This document shows, in pieces, positions 38,461-52,399 of a DNA stretch of 64,000 nt. The position numbers were made by a program, and so were the translations under genes. This DNA is from Malacoraja senta (lineage: Eukaryota). The first letter of the stretch is position 1. Each line of letters opens with the position of its first letter. Below the pieces are notes generated by a model that searched no databases, was not told where the DNA came from, and saw only the letters and a program-made list of their open reading frames with translations. The stretch spans positions 1 through 64,000 of the forward strand of contig JAXLNO010001544.1 of the NCBI GenBank assembly GCA_038087875.1, given 5' to 3'.

Positions 38461-40845
38461 ATAGGGCCTGCCCCACTAACGCCACTTTTCAGTGACTGTC
38501 TTCGACCTTCAAGCTCGAGGGCACTCGCCTGAAAAACCTCGAGCTGGTTCGACCGTCAGCGATGAAACCGCGAGCCAGATCGACCGACCGCACACACATA
38601 CACGCACACAAACACATCGCAAAGGCGGTGGCCAGGGAAAGCGGGGGAGCGCTGTCTGAAATTCACAGCCGTGATGAACAGGAAGGTAAAAGATGGCTGG
38701 CACAGTAACGGTAAGTCCTTTAGAGAGCACGGAGAGGGGGGGGGAGCAGGGGAGAGAACGGGGGGGGGAATAAACAATAGGTGCATGAGTAGGCCATTCG
38801 GCCCTTCGAGTCAGCAGCGCCATTCAATGTGATCATGGCTGATCATCCCCAATCAGTACCCCGTTCCTGCCTTCTCCCCATATCCCCTGACTCCGCTATT
38901 TTTAAGAGCCCTATCTAGCTCTCTCTTGAAAGCATCCAGAGAACCTGCCTCCACCGCCCTCTGAGGCAGAGAATTCCACAGACTCACCACTCTCTGTGAG
39001 AAAAAGTGTTTCCTCATCTCCGTTCTAAATGGCTTCCTCCTTATTCTTAAACTGTGGCATCTGGTTCTGGATTCCCCCAACATGGGGGGAATGGGGGAGA
39101 CATGTTTCCTGCCTCAAGCGTGTCCAAACACTTAACAATCTTACATGTTTCAATGAGATTCCCTCTCATCCTTCTAAACTCCAGAGTCTACAAGCCCAGC
39201 TGCTCCATTCTCTCAGCATATGACAGTCCCGCCATCCCGGGAATTAACCTTGTAAACCTACGCAGCACTCCCTCAATAGCAAGAATGTCCTTCCTCAAAT
39301 TAGGGGACCAAAACTGCACACAATACTCCAGGTGGAGTCTCACTAGGGCTCTGTACAACTGCAGAAGGACCTCTTTGCTCCTTCATTCGATTCCTCTTGT
39401 TATAAAGGACAACATGCCATTCGCTTTCTTCACTGCCTGCTGTACCTGCATGCTTACTTTCATAGACTGATGTACAAGGACCCCCAGATCCCGTTGTCCT
39501 TCCCCTTTTCCCAACTTGACGCAATTTAGATAGTAATCTGCCTTCTTGTTTTTGCTACCAAAGTGGATAACCTCACATTTATCCGCATTAAACTTCATCT
39601 GCCATGCATCTGCCCACTCCCCCAACCTGTCCAAGTCACCCTGCATTCTAATAGCATCCTCCTCACAGTTCACACTGCCACCAAGCTTTGTGTCATCTGC
39701 AAATTTGCTAATATTACTTTGAATCCCATCATCCAAATCATTAATGTATATTGTAAATAGCTGCGGTCCCAGCACCGAGCCTTGTGGTACCCCACTAGTC
39801 ACTGCCTGCCATTCTGAAAGGGACCCGTTAATCCCTACTCATTGTTTCCTGTCTGCCAACCACTTCTCTATCCATGTCAGCACTCTACCCCCAATACCAT
39901 GTGCCCTAATTTTGCCCACTAATCTCCTATGTGGGACCTCATCAAATGCTTTCTGAAAGTCCAGGTACACTACATCCACTGGCTCTCACTTGTCCATTTT
40001 CCTAGTTACATCTTCAAAAAATTCCAAAAAGATTAGTCAAGCATGATTTCCCCTTCCTAAGTCCATGCTGACTCGGACCGATCCTGTTACTGCTCTCTAA
40101 ATGTTCGGCTATCTCATCTTTTATAATTGACTACAGCACCTTCCCCACCACTGGTGTCAGGCTAACTGGTCTATAATTCCATGTTTTCTCTGTCATGCCT
40201 TTCTTAAAAAGTGGGATAACATTAGCTATCCTCCAATCCACAGGAACTGATCCTGAGTCTATAGAACATTGGAAAATTATCACAAATGCATCCACGATTT
40301 CTAGAGCCACTTCCTTAAGTACCCTGGGATGCAGACCATCAGGGCCTGGGGATTTATCAGCCTTCAGTCCCATCAGTCTATCCAACACCATTTCCTGCCT
40401 AATGTGGATTTCCTTCAGTTCCTCCGTCACCCCAGATCCTCTGGCCACTACTATATCAGGAAGATTGTTTTTTGTTGTTGTTTTTTTTGAAAATATTTTT
40501 TATTGGAGATAAGTACACAACCTATTTACATCATTACAGTCTTACATTTTTAAATTGATAATATTGTCAATTATTATTACATTGTCTCCAATACCTTTTG
40601 CCTTTTTTTTTTTTTTAAACTAAATAGAACTAAAGAGATAGATGAAGTAAAGAAAGAAAAGAAAGAGAAGAAAAACAAAAAAAAAAACCAAAAACAAAAA
40701 CAAAAAACAAAACAAAAAAACAAAACAAAAAAAGGAAAAAGATAGTTAAAGAAGAATGGAAAAATTTATTAAAATAAAAAACTTCATTCGAGATATATTC
40801 GTACATTTCTAAGTATAGCATTTCATCCATTCTTTAGCCTGAGTG

Positions 40846-43800
40846 CTAGTCAGGTTCCTGTGCTGAACTATTCTGACTCTTTAAGTAATCAATAAAAGGA
40901 GACCATGTTCCAACGAATAATTCCTGTTTGTCCAACAGGGAGAATCTGATTCTTTCCACGTTTAAGGTCTCCGTCATTTCTATAATCCACATTTTGATTG
41001 TGGGGGTCGTAGGGCCTTTCCAAAATTTTAGAATTAATTTTTTTCCTGTTATTAAACTATAATCAATAAAGTTTCTTTGTGTTGTTCTAAATGTTTGATT
41101 TAATTCAAATATTCCAAGTATTATTAATTTTGGATCTGGGTCCAATTGTGTGCTGGTTATTTTAGATATTATACTGAAAATATTTACCCAGAATTTTTTA
41201 ATTTTTATACAGTTTGCAAACATATGAGATAAGGTAGCTTCTAAATGTCGACATTTATCACATATAGGTGAGATATGTTGAAAGATTTTATGTAGTTTTG
41301 TTTTTGAATAATGTAACCTATGTATTACTTTAAATTGTATTAGAGAATGTCTGGCGTTTAATGAACATTGATGTATGTGTTGCAAACTTTCTTCCCAAGT
41401 ATCTTTCGTTATTATTTGATTTAATTCTTTTTCCCATGTTTGTCTGTGTAAGTCCGTCGATGGAATGTCACTGTCTAATAAGATATTATATATATAAGAT
41501 ATTAATTTTTCTGTATTAGGATGTTTGTTCCAACATTCATCAAGAATTTCTGAATTTCTAATTCGAAAATTTTGAGTATTCGATTTTACATAATCTCTAA
41601 GTTGAAGATATCTGAAATAATCATTTCCTCGAAGTCCATAAGTCTGTTGCAACTCCTGAAATGTCAGAAAAGTGCCTTCCTTGTAAAGTTGTCCCATATT
41701 TTTAATTCCATAATTCTTCCATTGTGTAAAACCCCCGTCCAACCATGAAGGCTTAAACAAAGGGTTATTCACAATTGGAAGAAAAAGTGATAAATTATCT
41801 AATTTTAATGTCTTTTTTAATTGTTTCCAAATTCGTATAGCACTAAATATTATAGGGTTTTCCCTATAATTTTTTTTGTTTAATTTAGACGTAGCAAATA
41901 ATATCGAACCGATATCAAAAGGTAAACAATCTTCCTTTTCCATTTTTAACCAGTCTGGTTGATGATCTATTTCTTCCAACCAGAAATTCATATTTTTAAT
42001 ATTAACTGCCCAGAAATAAAACAAAAAGTTGGGTAAAACCAAGCCTCCATTTATTTTTGATTTACACAAATGTCTTTTGTTTATCCTATGATTCTTATAA
42101 TCCCAGATAAAATCATTAACAATAGAGTCCAGTTTAAAAAAAAAGTTTTTTGCCAGATATATCGGAATTGTCTGAAAAAGGTATAATATTTGCGGTAAAA
42201 AAATCATTTTTATGGCATTAATTTTGCCAACCATTGAGATAGGAAGTGTTTTCCAGTATTGAATATTCTTATGTAGTTTATTCAGTAATGGTGGAAAATT
42301 TGCTTTAAATAATGATGTATATATCTTAGTTACATAAATACCTAGATATTTAAATTTTTCCTTTACTATTTTAAATGGAAATTGTTGTATTATCTGTTTG
42401 TTATGTTCCCTTATTGGCATAATTTCACTTTTATTCCAATTTATTCTGTATCCTGAAAGTGAACCAAATTGGGTTATTAGCTTTAATAAGTTTGGAATAC
42501 TAATTTCTGATTTTGTAATGTAAATTAATACATCATCTGCGTATAGAGAAATTTTATTCACTGTGTCCTTTGTGTTATACCCATGTATTTCCGGATGCCC
42601 CCTGACTCTTTCTGCAAGTGGCTCAATAGCAAGCGCAAATAATAATGGAGATAACGGGCATCCTTGTCTACAACCTCTACATAGGCTAAATTTAGATGAC
42701 AACCTTTGGTTTGTAAATATTCTAGCCGTGGGATTTGTATATAACAGTTTTATCCATGTACAGAATTTCTCCCCTAGCTGCATATTTTCCATCACCGAAA
42801 ATAAATAAGGCCATTCGACCTGATCAAATGCTTTTTCAGCATCAAGTGAGATTATTGCTAGATCTTCATTAATAATTCTCTTGGAATATATAATATTAAA
42901 TAATCTTCTTAGATTATAATATGAGTACCGTTTCTGAATAAAGCCTGTTTGGTCAGGGTGTATTAATTTATTCATCACTGTACTTAATCTATGCGCTAGT
43001 ATTTTAGTTAATATTTTCTGATCTGTATTTAAAAGTGCAATTGCTCTATATGATCCCGGGTCTTCCGGATCTTTATCAGCTTTAGGAATAAGTGTTATTA
43101 TAGATTCATTTAAAGTGTCTGGAAGTTTCTGTTGAGTATAGATATACTCATACAGTCTTTGTAAACGTGGGCAGAGCAAATCATAATTTTTTTAATAAAA
43201 TTCGGAGCCTAAACCATCTGGTCCTACTGCTTTACCATTTTTTAAAGAGCCAATAGACTCCTCAATATCTTTTATCGTAATCTCCCTTTCTAATAATTCT
43301 CTATCGTTTGAATCTAAACCTTTTAAATTACATTTTAGTAAAAAATCTGCTATTCTTTCTGATTGTACTACGGTTTTAGTTGAATAAAGGTTATGATAGT
43401 ATTGGAGAAATCTTTCGTTTATATCCTTGGGCATTTTTAATAATTCTCCCGTCTCTGTTCTAATTTTATGAATTATTTTTCCCCTTCCATTTTTCGTAAC
43501 TGACGTGCTAATAGTTTTTGTGGTTTGTCTCCAAATTCAAAATGTAATTGTTTGGTTTTTTGATAAAGTTTTATTACTTGTTCTGAATACATTTTATTTA
43601 ATTTATATTTCAATACAGCAATTTTATTATGTTTTAAAATTGATGGCATTCTCGCATTTTCTATATCTAGTTGCTTAATTTCACTTTCCAATGTTTGTTG
43701 CTTAATCCTGTTCTCTTTATTATAAAATGCTTGAGCAGAAATTAATGTACCTCGAACAAACGCTTTAAACGTTTCCCACATAAGAGAAGTAGGTGTGTCA

Positions 43801-44705
43801 GGGTTATCATTTACCTCAAAAAATATTTGAATCTGTTTAATAATATATTCCTGGCACGATCTTTCGTTCAAAATTTGTGGGTTAAATCTCCAATATGCTT
43901 GTTTCTCAGACATTCCATTTAATTTAATCATGAATGTTACAGGTGCGTGATCTGAGATTATAATGTTATGGTATTTTGAATTATAAATAAATGGGATAAA
44001 CGTAGAGTCAACTAAAAAATAATCTATTCTTGAGTATGTTTTATGTACTGGTGAGTAAAATGAATATTCCCGTCCAGTTGGGTTTTCTATTCTCCAGACA
44101 TCCTTAATATTAGTGGTATTAATAAATGAATTTAGAAATACACTTGATTGAGATTTTACTTTTTTTTGCCTTGATGATCTATCTAAGTATGAATCTAATG
44201 TACAATTGAAGTCTCCTCCAATTATTAATTTATATTGTGTAAATTCAGGAATTTTATTAAATGTTTTATTAAAAAACATGGGGTTATCAAAGTTAGGCCC
44301 ATATACATTAAGAAGAATCACTTTTTCTCCATTTAACTCTCCAACTAATATAATATATCTACCATCAATATCCACTATTGTTGAAGAGTTCGTAAAAGGT
44401 ATTCCTTTACGAATTAATATTGCAACTCCTCTGGACTTATGGGAAAAAGAGGAATGATATGATTCAGCGATCCACTTAGCTTTAAGTCTATGTTGAGATT
44501 CCTTTTTAAGGTGTGTTTCTTGGAGAAATATTATATCTGTTTTGATTAAATTTAGATGTGCCAAAACTTTACCTCTCTTAATTGGTTCATTGATTCCCTT
44601 GACATTCCAACTACAAAATGTTATTCCCTGACCCCCTCTTGTCATATTAACATCTTGCATATTGTTTCTAAGGTGGTCTATAACCGAGCAGAAGGTACAA
44701 CACAT
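40846..44705 (-). pseudogene. L1 ORF2p (APE + RT + C-terminal) with one frameshift and one nonsense codon
   Basis: 43473-44705 (SWNVKG, FLQETH, GGDFN, SDH). A 1-bp shift falls in an A-run at about 43475. 43192-43434 ends at an in-frame TAA, and the same frame resumes at 43179-40846 (LDAEKAFD, GCRQGCPLSP, YADD). Confidence 0.9.
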
Positions 44706-45671
44706 AAAACCTGACCCTGCTCCCGAACTTCAGATAGATGAATTTAAAATCATATACATCGCTCTTCCGAACACATCTCCTTGTATTAGTCTTGTTTTTC
44801 CATTCAAACATTAAGTTATAAAAATATTTAAAGTGAAAAAAGTGATAGAATTGATTAGTATAGGGTGAAAGAAAAAGAACTACATCTACAATTAGTGTAG
44901 TTAGTGATAGCCACACTAACGTGGTTAGAATTCTAAAGACTTCCGTAGCCTTTGTAAGAAAAAAAAATTCCCAGCTCCGTGCCCGAAGAAAAAAAAAGAT
45001 TATTTCTAACATTCAAATAACTTCTTTGGGAGTAACAAACTTATATACATACCCATACATACACACACACAATATACATATATATATATATATATATACC
45101 CATATGCATACATACATAAGCACGTATCCCTGTAGAAAAGTTCAAGAACAGCAAAAATTCACAACGTTATTATTCTCTACATATCATATTAATTTCTTCG
45201 CTAAATCTATAAATTTAATTTTAAATTGAAAAATAAAGAGAAAAACCGTCAAACTTTATTATGACGTAGGCTAATTTACCTCTTGCATATCCTCCTATAT
45301 AATATAAGTATGTAATTCATTTCTACGTTAATCGAAGACTATTAATTATTAATCATTGTTATCAATCATATACAGTATTAAATTTTTATGAGAAATGTTA
45401 ATGTTAATAATTTTAGTGGTAATATGGATATTTAATAAGTATTAGTTGTTACATATATAGTTAGATATGAATATACAGATAATAATAATGATTAGTAAAA
45501 AAAAAAGTTTAAAAAAAAATACAAAGATCACGGTTTTCTCCAATGTCCTCCGTCCATTTCGGTTTTCGAATGTCCTTAAAGCTCTTAAAAGAACTTTAAA
45601 GGTCCTTTTAGATCTGGCGGTCCTGTTAATCCTTGACTCCTGAGGAGTAATGTAAATTCTTCAGTCTACGG

Positions 45672-46682
45672 TCATGTTACCGATTTCTTTGGCATATTCC
45701 AGTGCTTTTCCTTGGACTTGTAGGTGACTCTTAGTCTTGCGGGATATAGCAGGCCGTATCTCAAACCAGGTACATTCTTCAGTATTCTTTTTGTCTCAGT
45801 GAACAGCGCTCTTTTCTTGAAGACTTCTGCCGGATAATCTCGGTAAATACTGAATCTCACACCTTCAAAAAGGAGCTGTCCGCCTCGAACAATTTTCTTC
45901 ATTATATCGTCAAATTCATGATCCAGTTGCACCTTTACGATAATTTGTCTTGGATGGGCATCATCTTGTGTACGACGCCGCTGCGCTCTATGAGCTCGAC
46001 CGAGTGAAGGTTTGTGATCCAATTTTAAGGCTTTTTGTAATAGGTCTGCCACAAAGTCCCGAGAGCCCATTTCCCTCTCACTTCCTTCTTTCACCCCTAC
46101 AATTCTTAGGTTCTTACGTCTTTGACGTCCCTCCAAATCGGTACATTTATCACTTAATTTGATCACCATATCGGAGAGGCGTTGGTTTTCAGTAAGGAGT
46201 CGACTTACAGTTTCCGCACTTGTCGCCGCCCATTTCTCAAGTTCGGTTATCGCTGTTCTATGTTGATCAAGTTCGTGATGAATGGGGTCCACCTCCGTTT
46301 TAACATTCGTTTCCACCGAAACGAGCCTGGCTTCCAGCGCTTCCATCTGATCCTTGACTTCTTCCTCCCTCGTCCTTTTCCAGATTTCCAGTATTTGTTG
46401 AACGGTAGAATGCATTTCTGCTTTAAAATCTACCTTAAAAGAGTAAAGTTCCTTTTTAAAATTCTCTCCAAAATTCTCTCCAAAGGTTTTCAATTCGGCA
46501 ACGAGAAAAGTTTTAAGATCCTCCATTTCAGACTTTTTCTGTTTTATTTTCTTCGGAGGGTCTTCCTGGGCCGTCGTTGTAACTGAGGCCGAGGCCTCTG
46601 TAGGGCCTTCCTCTTCCGTCTGCAGTTTCCCTTTAACGGCTTTTTTTTGTGTCACACGGGTGGGGGTACGTTGTAACGACAT
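45672..46682 (-). CDS. L1 ORF1p (coiled coil, RRM and CTD)
   Basis: The ORF is open. First ATG at 46682 (MSLQRT...). DLEGRQRRKNLRIVGVKEG, RAHR and IYRDYP are typical L1 ORF1 motifs. Confidence 0.88.
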   Translation of the reverse strand: MSLQRTPTRVTQKKAVKGKLQTEEEGPTEASASVTTTAQEDPPKKIKQKKSEMEDLKTFLVAELKTFGENFGENFKKELYSFKVDFKAEMHSTVQQILEIWKRTREEEVKDQMEALEARLVSVETNVKTEVDPIHHELDQHRTAITELEKWAATSAETVSRLLTENQRLSDMVIKLSDKCTDLEGRQRRKNLRIVGVKEGSEREMGSRDFVADLLQKALKLDHKPSLGRAHRAQRRRTQDDAHPRQIIVKVQLDHEFDDIMKKIVRGGQLLFEGVRFSIYRDYPAEVFKKRALFTETKRILKNVPGLRYGLLYPARLRVTYKSKEKHWNMPKKSVT

Positions 46683-49600
46683 ACCGTAAAGTAGCGCGCC
46701 TGATGACGTCACGCAGGCAGCCGTTCAGATCGCGATCGCTGCAGGTAAGACCCGATTTTCTCCCGTTTTTAGTTTCTTCGGCACGGAGCTAGTTGGCGCT
46801 GGACTCAAGCCTCCATAGCGCCACCGGAAGTTCGTCAGGAAGATTGTTTGTGTCCTCCTTAGTGAAGACAGATCCAAAGTACCTGTTCAACTCATCTGCC
46901 ATTTCCTTGTTCCCCATAATAAATTCACCTTTTTCGGTCTTCAAGGGTCCAACTTTGGTCTTAACTAGTTTTTTCCTCTTCACATACCTAAAGAAGCTTT
47001 TGCTATCCTGCTTTATATTCTTGGCTAGCTTCCTTCGTAACTCATCTTTTCTTCCCATATTGTCTTTTTGATTATCTTCTGTTGTTCTTTAAACATTACC
47101 CAATCCTCTTGCTTCCTGCTCATCTTTGCTACGTTGTACTTCTTCGCTTTAATTTTTATACTGTCCCTGACGTCCCTTGTCAGCCATGGTCGCCCCTTAC
47201 TCCCCTTGGAATCTTTCTTCCTCCTAGGAATGAACTGATCCTGCACCATCTGTATTATTCCTAGAAATACCTGCCATTTTTGTTCCACTGTCATCCCTGC
47301 TAGTGTATCTTTCCAGTCAACTTTGGCCAGCTCCTCCCTCATGGCCCCATAGTCCCCTTTATTCAACTGTGACACTGACACCTCTGATCTACCCTTCTCC
47401 CTCTCCAATTGTAGATTAAACCTGACCATGTTATGGTCACTGCATCCTAATGGCTCATTAACCTCGAAGTCCTTTATCAAATCTGGTTCATTACATAACA
47501 CTAAATCCAGAATTGTCTTCTCCCTGGTAGGCTCCAATACAAGCTGTTCTAAGAATCCATCATGAAGGCACTCTACAAAGTCCCTTTCTTGGGGTCCACT
47601 ACCAACCTGATTTTCCCAGTCTACCTGCATGTTGAAATCTCCCATAACAACCACAGCATTACTTTTGCTACATGCCAATTTTAACTCCTGATTCAACATG
47701 TCCTATGTCCAGGCTACTGTTTGGGGGCCTGTAGATTAGTCCTATTAGGGTCTCTTTACCCTTACAATTCCTTAGTTCTATCCATACTGACTCCACATCT
47801 CCTGTCTCACCACAGGGCAACCCCACCCCCTTTGCCCACCTGTCTGTCTTTTCGATAGGAGGTATATCCTTGAATATTCAGTTCCCAGCCCTGGCCCTCT
47901 TGCAGCCATGTCTCAGTAATTCCCACAACATCGTACTTGCCAGTTTCTAACTGAGCCTCAAGCTCGTCCACTTTATTCCTTATACTTCGCGCATTCATAT
48001 ACAGCACTTTGACCTCTGTATTCACTTCCCCCCTCGCACCTTGCAATTGGCCCTGACCTTACTCTGTCCATTTTCGAGCTTTCCTTCCCAATAATTCGAG
48101 AATCTTTTGTAATTTTTCCTGTAGCCACTTCCCCTTCAACTACATCTTTATACTCCCAATTTGTCAATCCCTTCACCCCACTATTTAGTTTAAACCCACA
48201 CGTGCAGCCCTAACTAACCTGCCTGCCAGAATGTTGGTCCCCCTCCAGTTAAGGTGTAACCCGAACCTTTTGTACAGGTCACCCCTACCCCAGAAGAGAT
48301 CCCAGTGGTCTATAAATCTAAATCCTTGCTCCCTGCTCCAGCCCCCCAGCTACACATTCAGATCCCCTATCTCCCTGTTCCTGTCCTCACTAGCACGAGG
48401 TACCCACCCTAGAAGTCCGGCATTTCAATCTTCTTCCCAACTCTCTGAAGTCATGTTGGAGAACCTCCTTCCTCTTTTTCCGATGTTGTTTGTGCCTACG
48501 TGCACAACTACTGCCGGCTGTTCACCTTCTCTCTCGAGGATGTTCTGAATTCGGCTCGTGACATCCTGAACCCTGGCACCAGGGAAGCAACAGACCATCC
48601 TCGCATCTCATCTGTCGCCACAGAATCTCTTGTCCACTCCTCGGACAATGGGGTCACCCACCACTAGGGCTCTGCCCGACGTCGGTCGAGTTCCATCTCT
48701 AGGATTGGAGCCACCGATGTGTCCGCTGCTCGGACTGGAAATATCATCTCCCCGGACAGTTCCCAACAGGGCGTACCTGTTTTCATTAGGCACAGCCACC
48801 TGAGTCGTCTGCACTCCAGGATTTCCACCCTTTCGCTCCGTCACACACCTTGGTTCTTCCCGTATCTTCGGCGTGACTACCTCACTGTAGGTCCTTGACC
48901 AAACTGAGGCTGCGAGTATGCAGGAACTTCCCTCGAGCATGAAAGAGAGTTCCAGTGACCTCCTAGGGCCTCCTAGGACCATGTGTCGACCATGCTATGA
49001 GTTTGAGTCGAGCGCATACTCTTCTAAACTAGCAAATTAGGTCGCCGCAGAGGGACAGGCCCTTAAGGACTCGTCCCTGTGTTCAACAGATAGAGGCTTC
49101 TGTGACTCTCATACCTGGGAATGCAGACTTGGCAAGGCATGGGTTAATTGCTGTGCATATGTAATTAATTCATCGCTGAGGACCTGTAGGTAAGTTCAAA
49201 ATTTCACAGCTTATCCTGTTATCAATTCAAAAGGTGTTAAGCCCATCTCTCTAGCTGGGGTTGTTCTGAATCATCAAAATAGCTGAATACTTTAAACCAT
49301 TCCTGTCCAGTCTCAGTCATGGCTTTACTTAAACTTTTCAGTGTCCTATTCATTCCCTCCACTAATCCAAAACTCTGCAATTAGTGGGAGATATGAAATG
49401 ACTCTTTAACTACTGACAAGGCAGAGCCTCCTTCATCACCTTCCCTGTGAAACGTTTACCCTGATCGATCTGAAGAGGGACCCACACTTAAATATTATCT
49501 CTTTGACTCCTTATCACAATTCTAGCTGTTCTATCTTAGCCTGGGAATACCATTACCCAGCAGGTAAAGCAATCAATCAATACTAAATAGTATCCTTTAT

Positions 49601-50394
49601 TTTATGACTAGATGAAGGGTCCTGCGAAATCTATCCGTCTATGTTGATCTGCAGGCTATACTCCTTTTCCATTTGGCACGGCAATTATCTCATACTGCCC
49701 TTAACATCCCTGCTTCTAAGTCACACTATACTATGGGGAGTGTGTAAAACTATAATCAGCCTCAGTGTGTTGGGCTCTAAGATTTCTACTGCCCATGTTA
49801 CGTATTCACATACTTCTTAAGCACATCAGTGCAACCCACCTAATACTGGATTTTGCCTAGTGGAACAGCAAGCAACTGTTCTCATTCTGTCTTCTAGTCT
49901 GTTACTGCCACGTAAGAACCCTTTTTTCATTATCATAGCACAAATGGTAGAGTTTAGTCAAATATGAGAATCCCAGTGCTGGGAAGGAGGTCAGGGATAG
50001 TTGATATTTTTTGTCTGCAATTGTCCAAATATGTTTCTCCTCCCCAATGTACTCTATCTCTCAATATTTATTTCCTATAGCGATTTCTCTCCTCCCTTCT
50101 TTGTAAGGTATGGTCTGATGTAATCAACTAGCACAAAACACATGTTACAAGCTTCCTTCCACACATTTAAGACAGGAAACAGGAAACCTGGCTCCTCATT
50201 TGCATTCTAAAAGACAAACACTGTGCTTACAGCAATTCCAATGAACTTTAACAAGTCAAAAAGATCTTTATTTTCACCACATTAGAAAGAAAATCATTTC
50301 AAATGTTCTTAATAATGTACTTGTGTACTTTTCATTCTTTAAAGGCACTTTTCCCCTGGCTATCTTCAGCCAAATAATCCACTTGAGTCTAAAA

Positions 50395-50522
50395 AAACGT
50401 TTGAAAGTTGGTGCTTTATACACCCGCTTCACCAGGCATCACCCCGCGTCACGCCCCGACCACGCCGTGACAACCTCTTTTCAGGCTCTCGCCGAAAATG
50501 TCGCCCAAGTGGGACAGGCCCT
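50395..50522. mobile_element. Harbinger-like MITE terminal fragment
   Basis: Ends in AGTGGGACAGGCCCT (50508-50522), the same TIR as at 49049. No partner TIR found. Confidence 0.45.
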
Positions 50523-51249
50523 TCAATCTATGCTTTATTTACATCTCCTCTCATCCTTCTAAATTCCACAGCGCACGTCCAACTTGCTCATCCTTCCTTT
50601 TTGACATGGAATTAACTTGGAACGAAATGTTCTCCTGAAATGCTGCCTGATCCACTTTTTTTTTAAACCAGCAAGTTAACTTCATTTTTCAACTACAAGG
50701 ACACCCAGATCCCCTTGCACAGCTCCATTCTTAAGTTTAAATATTCTTATTTTCTATTCTTCCTCACTAAATGAAAAAATATATATTTTCCTACATTATG
50801 CTCCAACTGCCAAATTCTGCCTCAGTCAACCTACACTCAGCAAATATATTTCATCTCCACTTACTAACAAATTTGACTATAAAATTGTCTTGCTCTTTTT
50901 TTAATCCAAATTAATAACATGGATGATCAATAATTGAGATGCTAGCACTCGCTCTTGTGGCACAAGTGGTATTCTGGAAACTTGAAAACAGTCTCTTTAA
51001 GAATAAGGGGTAGGCCATTTACTACTGAGATATTGGCTTTTCCAATCTCATCTTACACATGGCCAATGTGGCATCCAAGTCTCCTTTCGAACTCAATTCA
51101 AAAGATAAGAAAATAGGAAGAAAACAAACTTAAAACACCAATAAGACAAAACAAACAACCTGAATTTTTTCATCTCTCCTCTGTTAAAAGTTAAGAGAAA
51201 ATAATGAACAGTTAATTTTCATAGATTTCTAACGCATTTGCAAAGAACA

Positions 51250-52330
51250 TAGGAAAATAAAATAACCTTGTGTGGCTCCACCTCCACACAACTACTGACT
51301 ACTTAAAGAGACACGCACTGCCTCTTAAAACACATTAGTCTCTACAAGGATTTCTTATGTAAAAGAGCAAAAGCTCATTCAATGACATCCTATTTCATCT
51401 GAATTATAGGATTACCATTCACCAGAACCGGTTCCACAAACACGTAACAATCTTTAAACTTACTTATTTTATACCTTTTTTTCTGTGACATTCACTCACA
51501 AGTTGTCACACCTCATGCAATATGCTAAATCTCAGATATTCATACATTTCAAAACAATAAAGTTCTCACTCAAAATTAAAACACAGTTATACACACCACA
51601 AGGAAATCATTCTAACTCTTAAAACTTTGATACACCCAAATACATTCATAAGCTTGCCCACCATTTTACACATTTACTGACTTAACATGGAATTTTCACA
51701 AAGGAAATTGGGCATCACAATTAGGTTTTTAAATTGTAAGGTGCATCTCTATTGTGTTCCTTTCTTACCAGCAAGTGTAAGGGAGTGTATATAAAATAGA
51801 ATAACAGGCAGAAAAACATTAATTACACAGATTTGTCAAAGAGGGGTGTGAGTCAGTCCCATGGTGGAATCAATGTCACAGCCCTCTCGTTTCCATAGTT
51901 ATTGCGCATAGAGGTGTCCCTCTATAATTCCTAAACCTCCCTCATTTGTCTGACAAGACCGTTCTGTCTACTAGAATCTTTGGTTCTATGGGGACCAATG
52001 TACACAATTCGGAAGCTAGGACATTCCCCTGGGAGACTTTGTCATGGCCATTCATATGGGCATTGGACTTAATAATGGCTAGGTGGACTGGGAAGGCTGA
52101 GGCTAGTACTGTGGTCAGCATTGTCTTTAAGTTGTGAAAGTCTTCATCTTGTTGGAATGAGCGAGTTAAAAATGAAAAATAATTCACCAAGGCCACAAAA
52201 CCCTCAACTGCTAGGTATGATTCACAATAGGATGGTCCAATTTTCTGTCAGTCAGGATCCTGGGCGCTGTGATTGGACAGTGATCCAGATTGTGATTGGT
52301 CAGACTCCCTGTCAATCAGGATCTTGCCAC
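51250..52330 (-). pseudogene. ERV pol remnant (RNase H C-terminus, degenerate integrase)
   Basis: ORF 51942-52196(-) contains VHLAIIKSNAHMNGHDKVSQGNVLA, matching the retroviral RNase H end. No RT core is seen, implying a large internal deletion. Confidence 0.6.
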
Positions 52331-52399
52331 ACCCCATAACCATTGGGTCACTCACAAATTATCTTCTCTGTCTTTCTCTCTCTCTCCAGCAGAGGCGAG

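Larger units (their letters stand above)
40471..46834 (-). mobile_element. Full-length L1-clade LINE
   Basis: 15-bp TSD TCAGGAAGATTGTTT (40456-40470 and 46835-46849), poly-A tail, 5' end CGAACTTCCGGTGGCGC, ORF1 and ORF2. Confidence 0.93.
38772..48890 (-). mobile_element. Near-full-length CR1 split by L1 at 40471-46834
   Basis: ORF1 esterase region 48231-48982, APE 47807-48176 and 47025-47699, then 46789-47058 resuming at 40131-40448, RT 39383-39802, and tail at about 38772. Confidence 0.88.
38463..49063. mobile_element. PIF/Harbinger-like non-autonomous element (MITE) split by CR1 and L1
   Basis: TIRs AGGGCCTGCCCCACT (38463-38477) and AGAGGGACAGGCCCT (49049-49063) match at 13/15. Flanks are TAT and TAA. 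The MITE body is 38463-about 38770 plus about 48895-49063. Confidence 0.6.
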
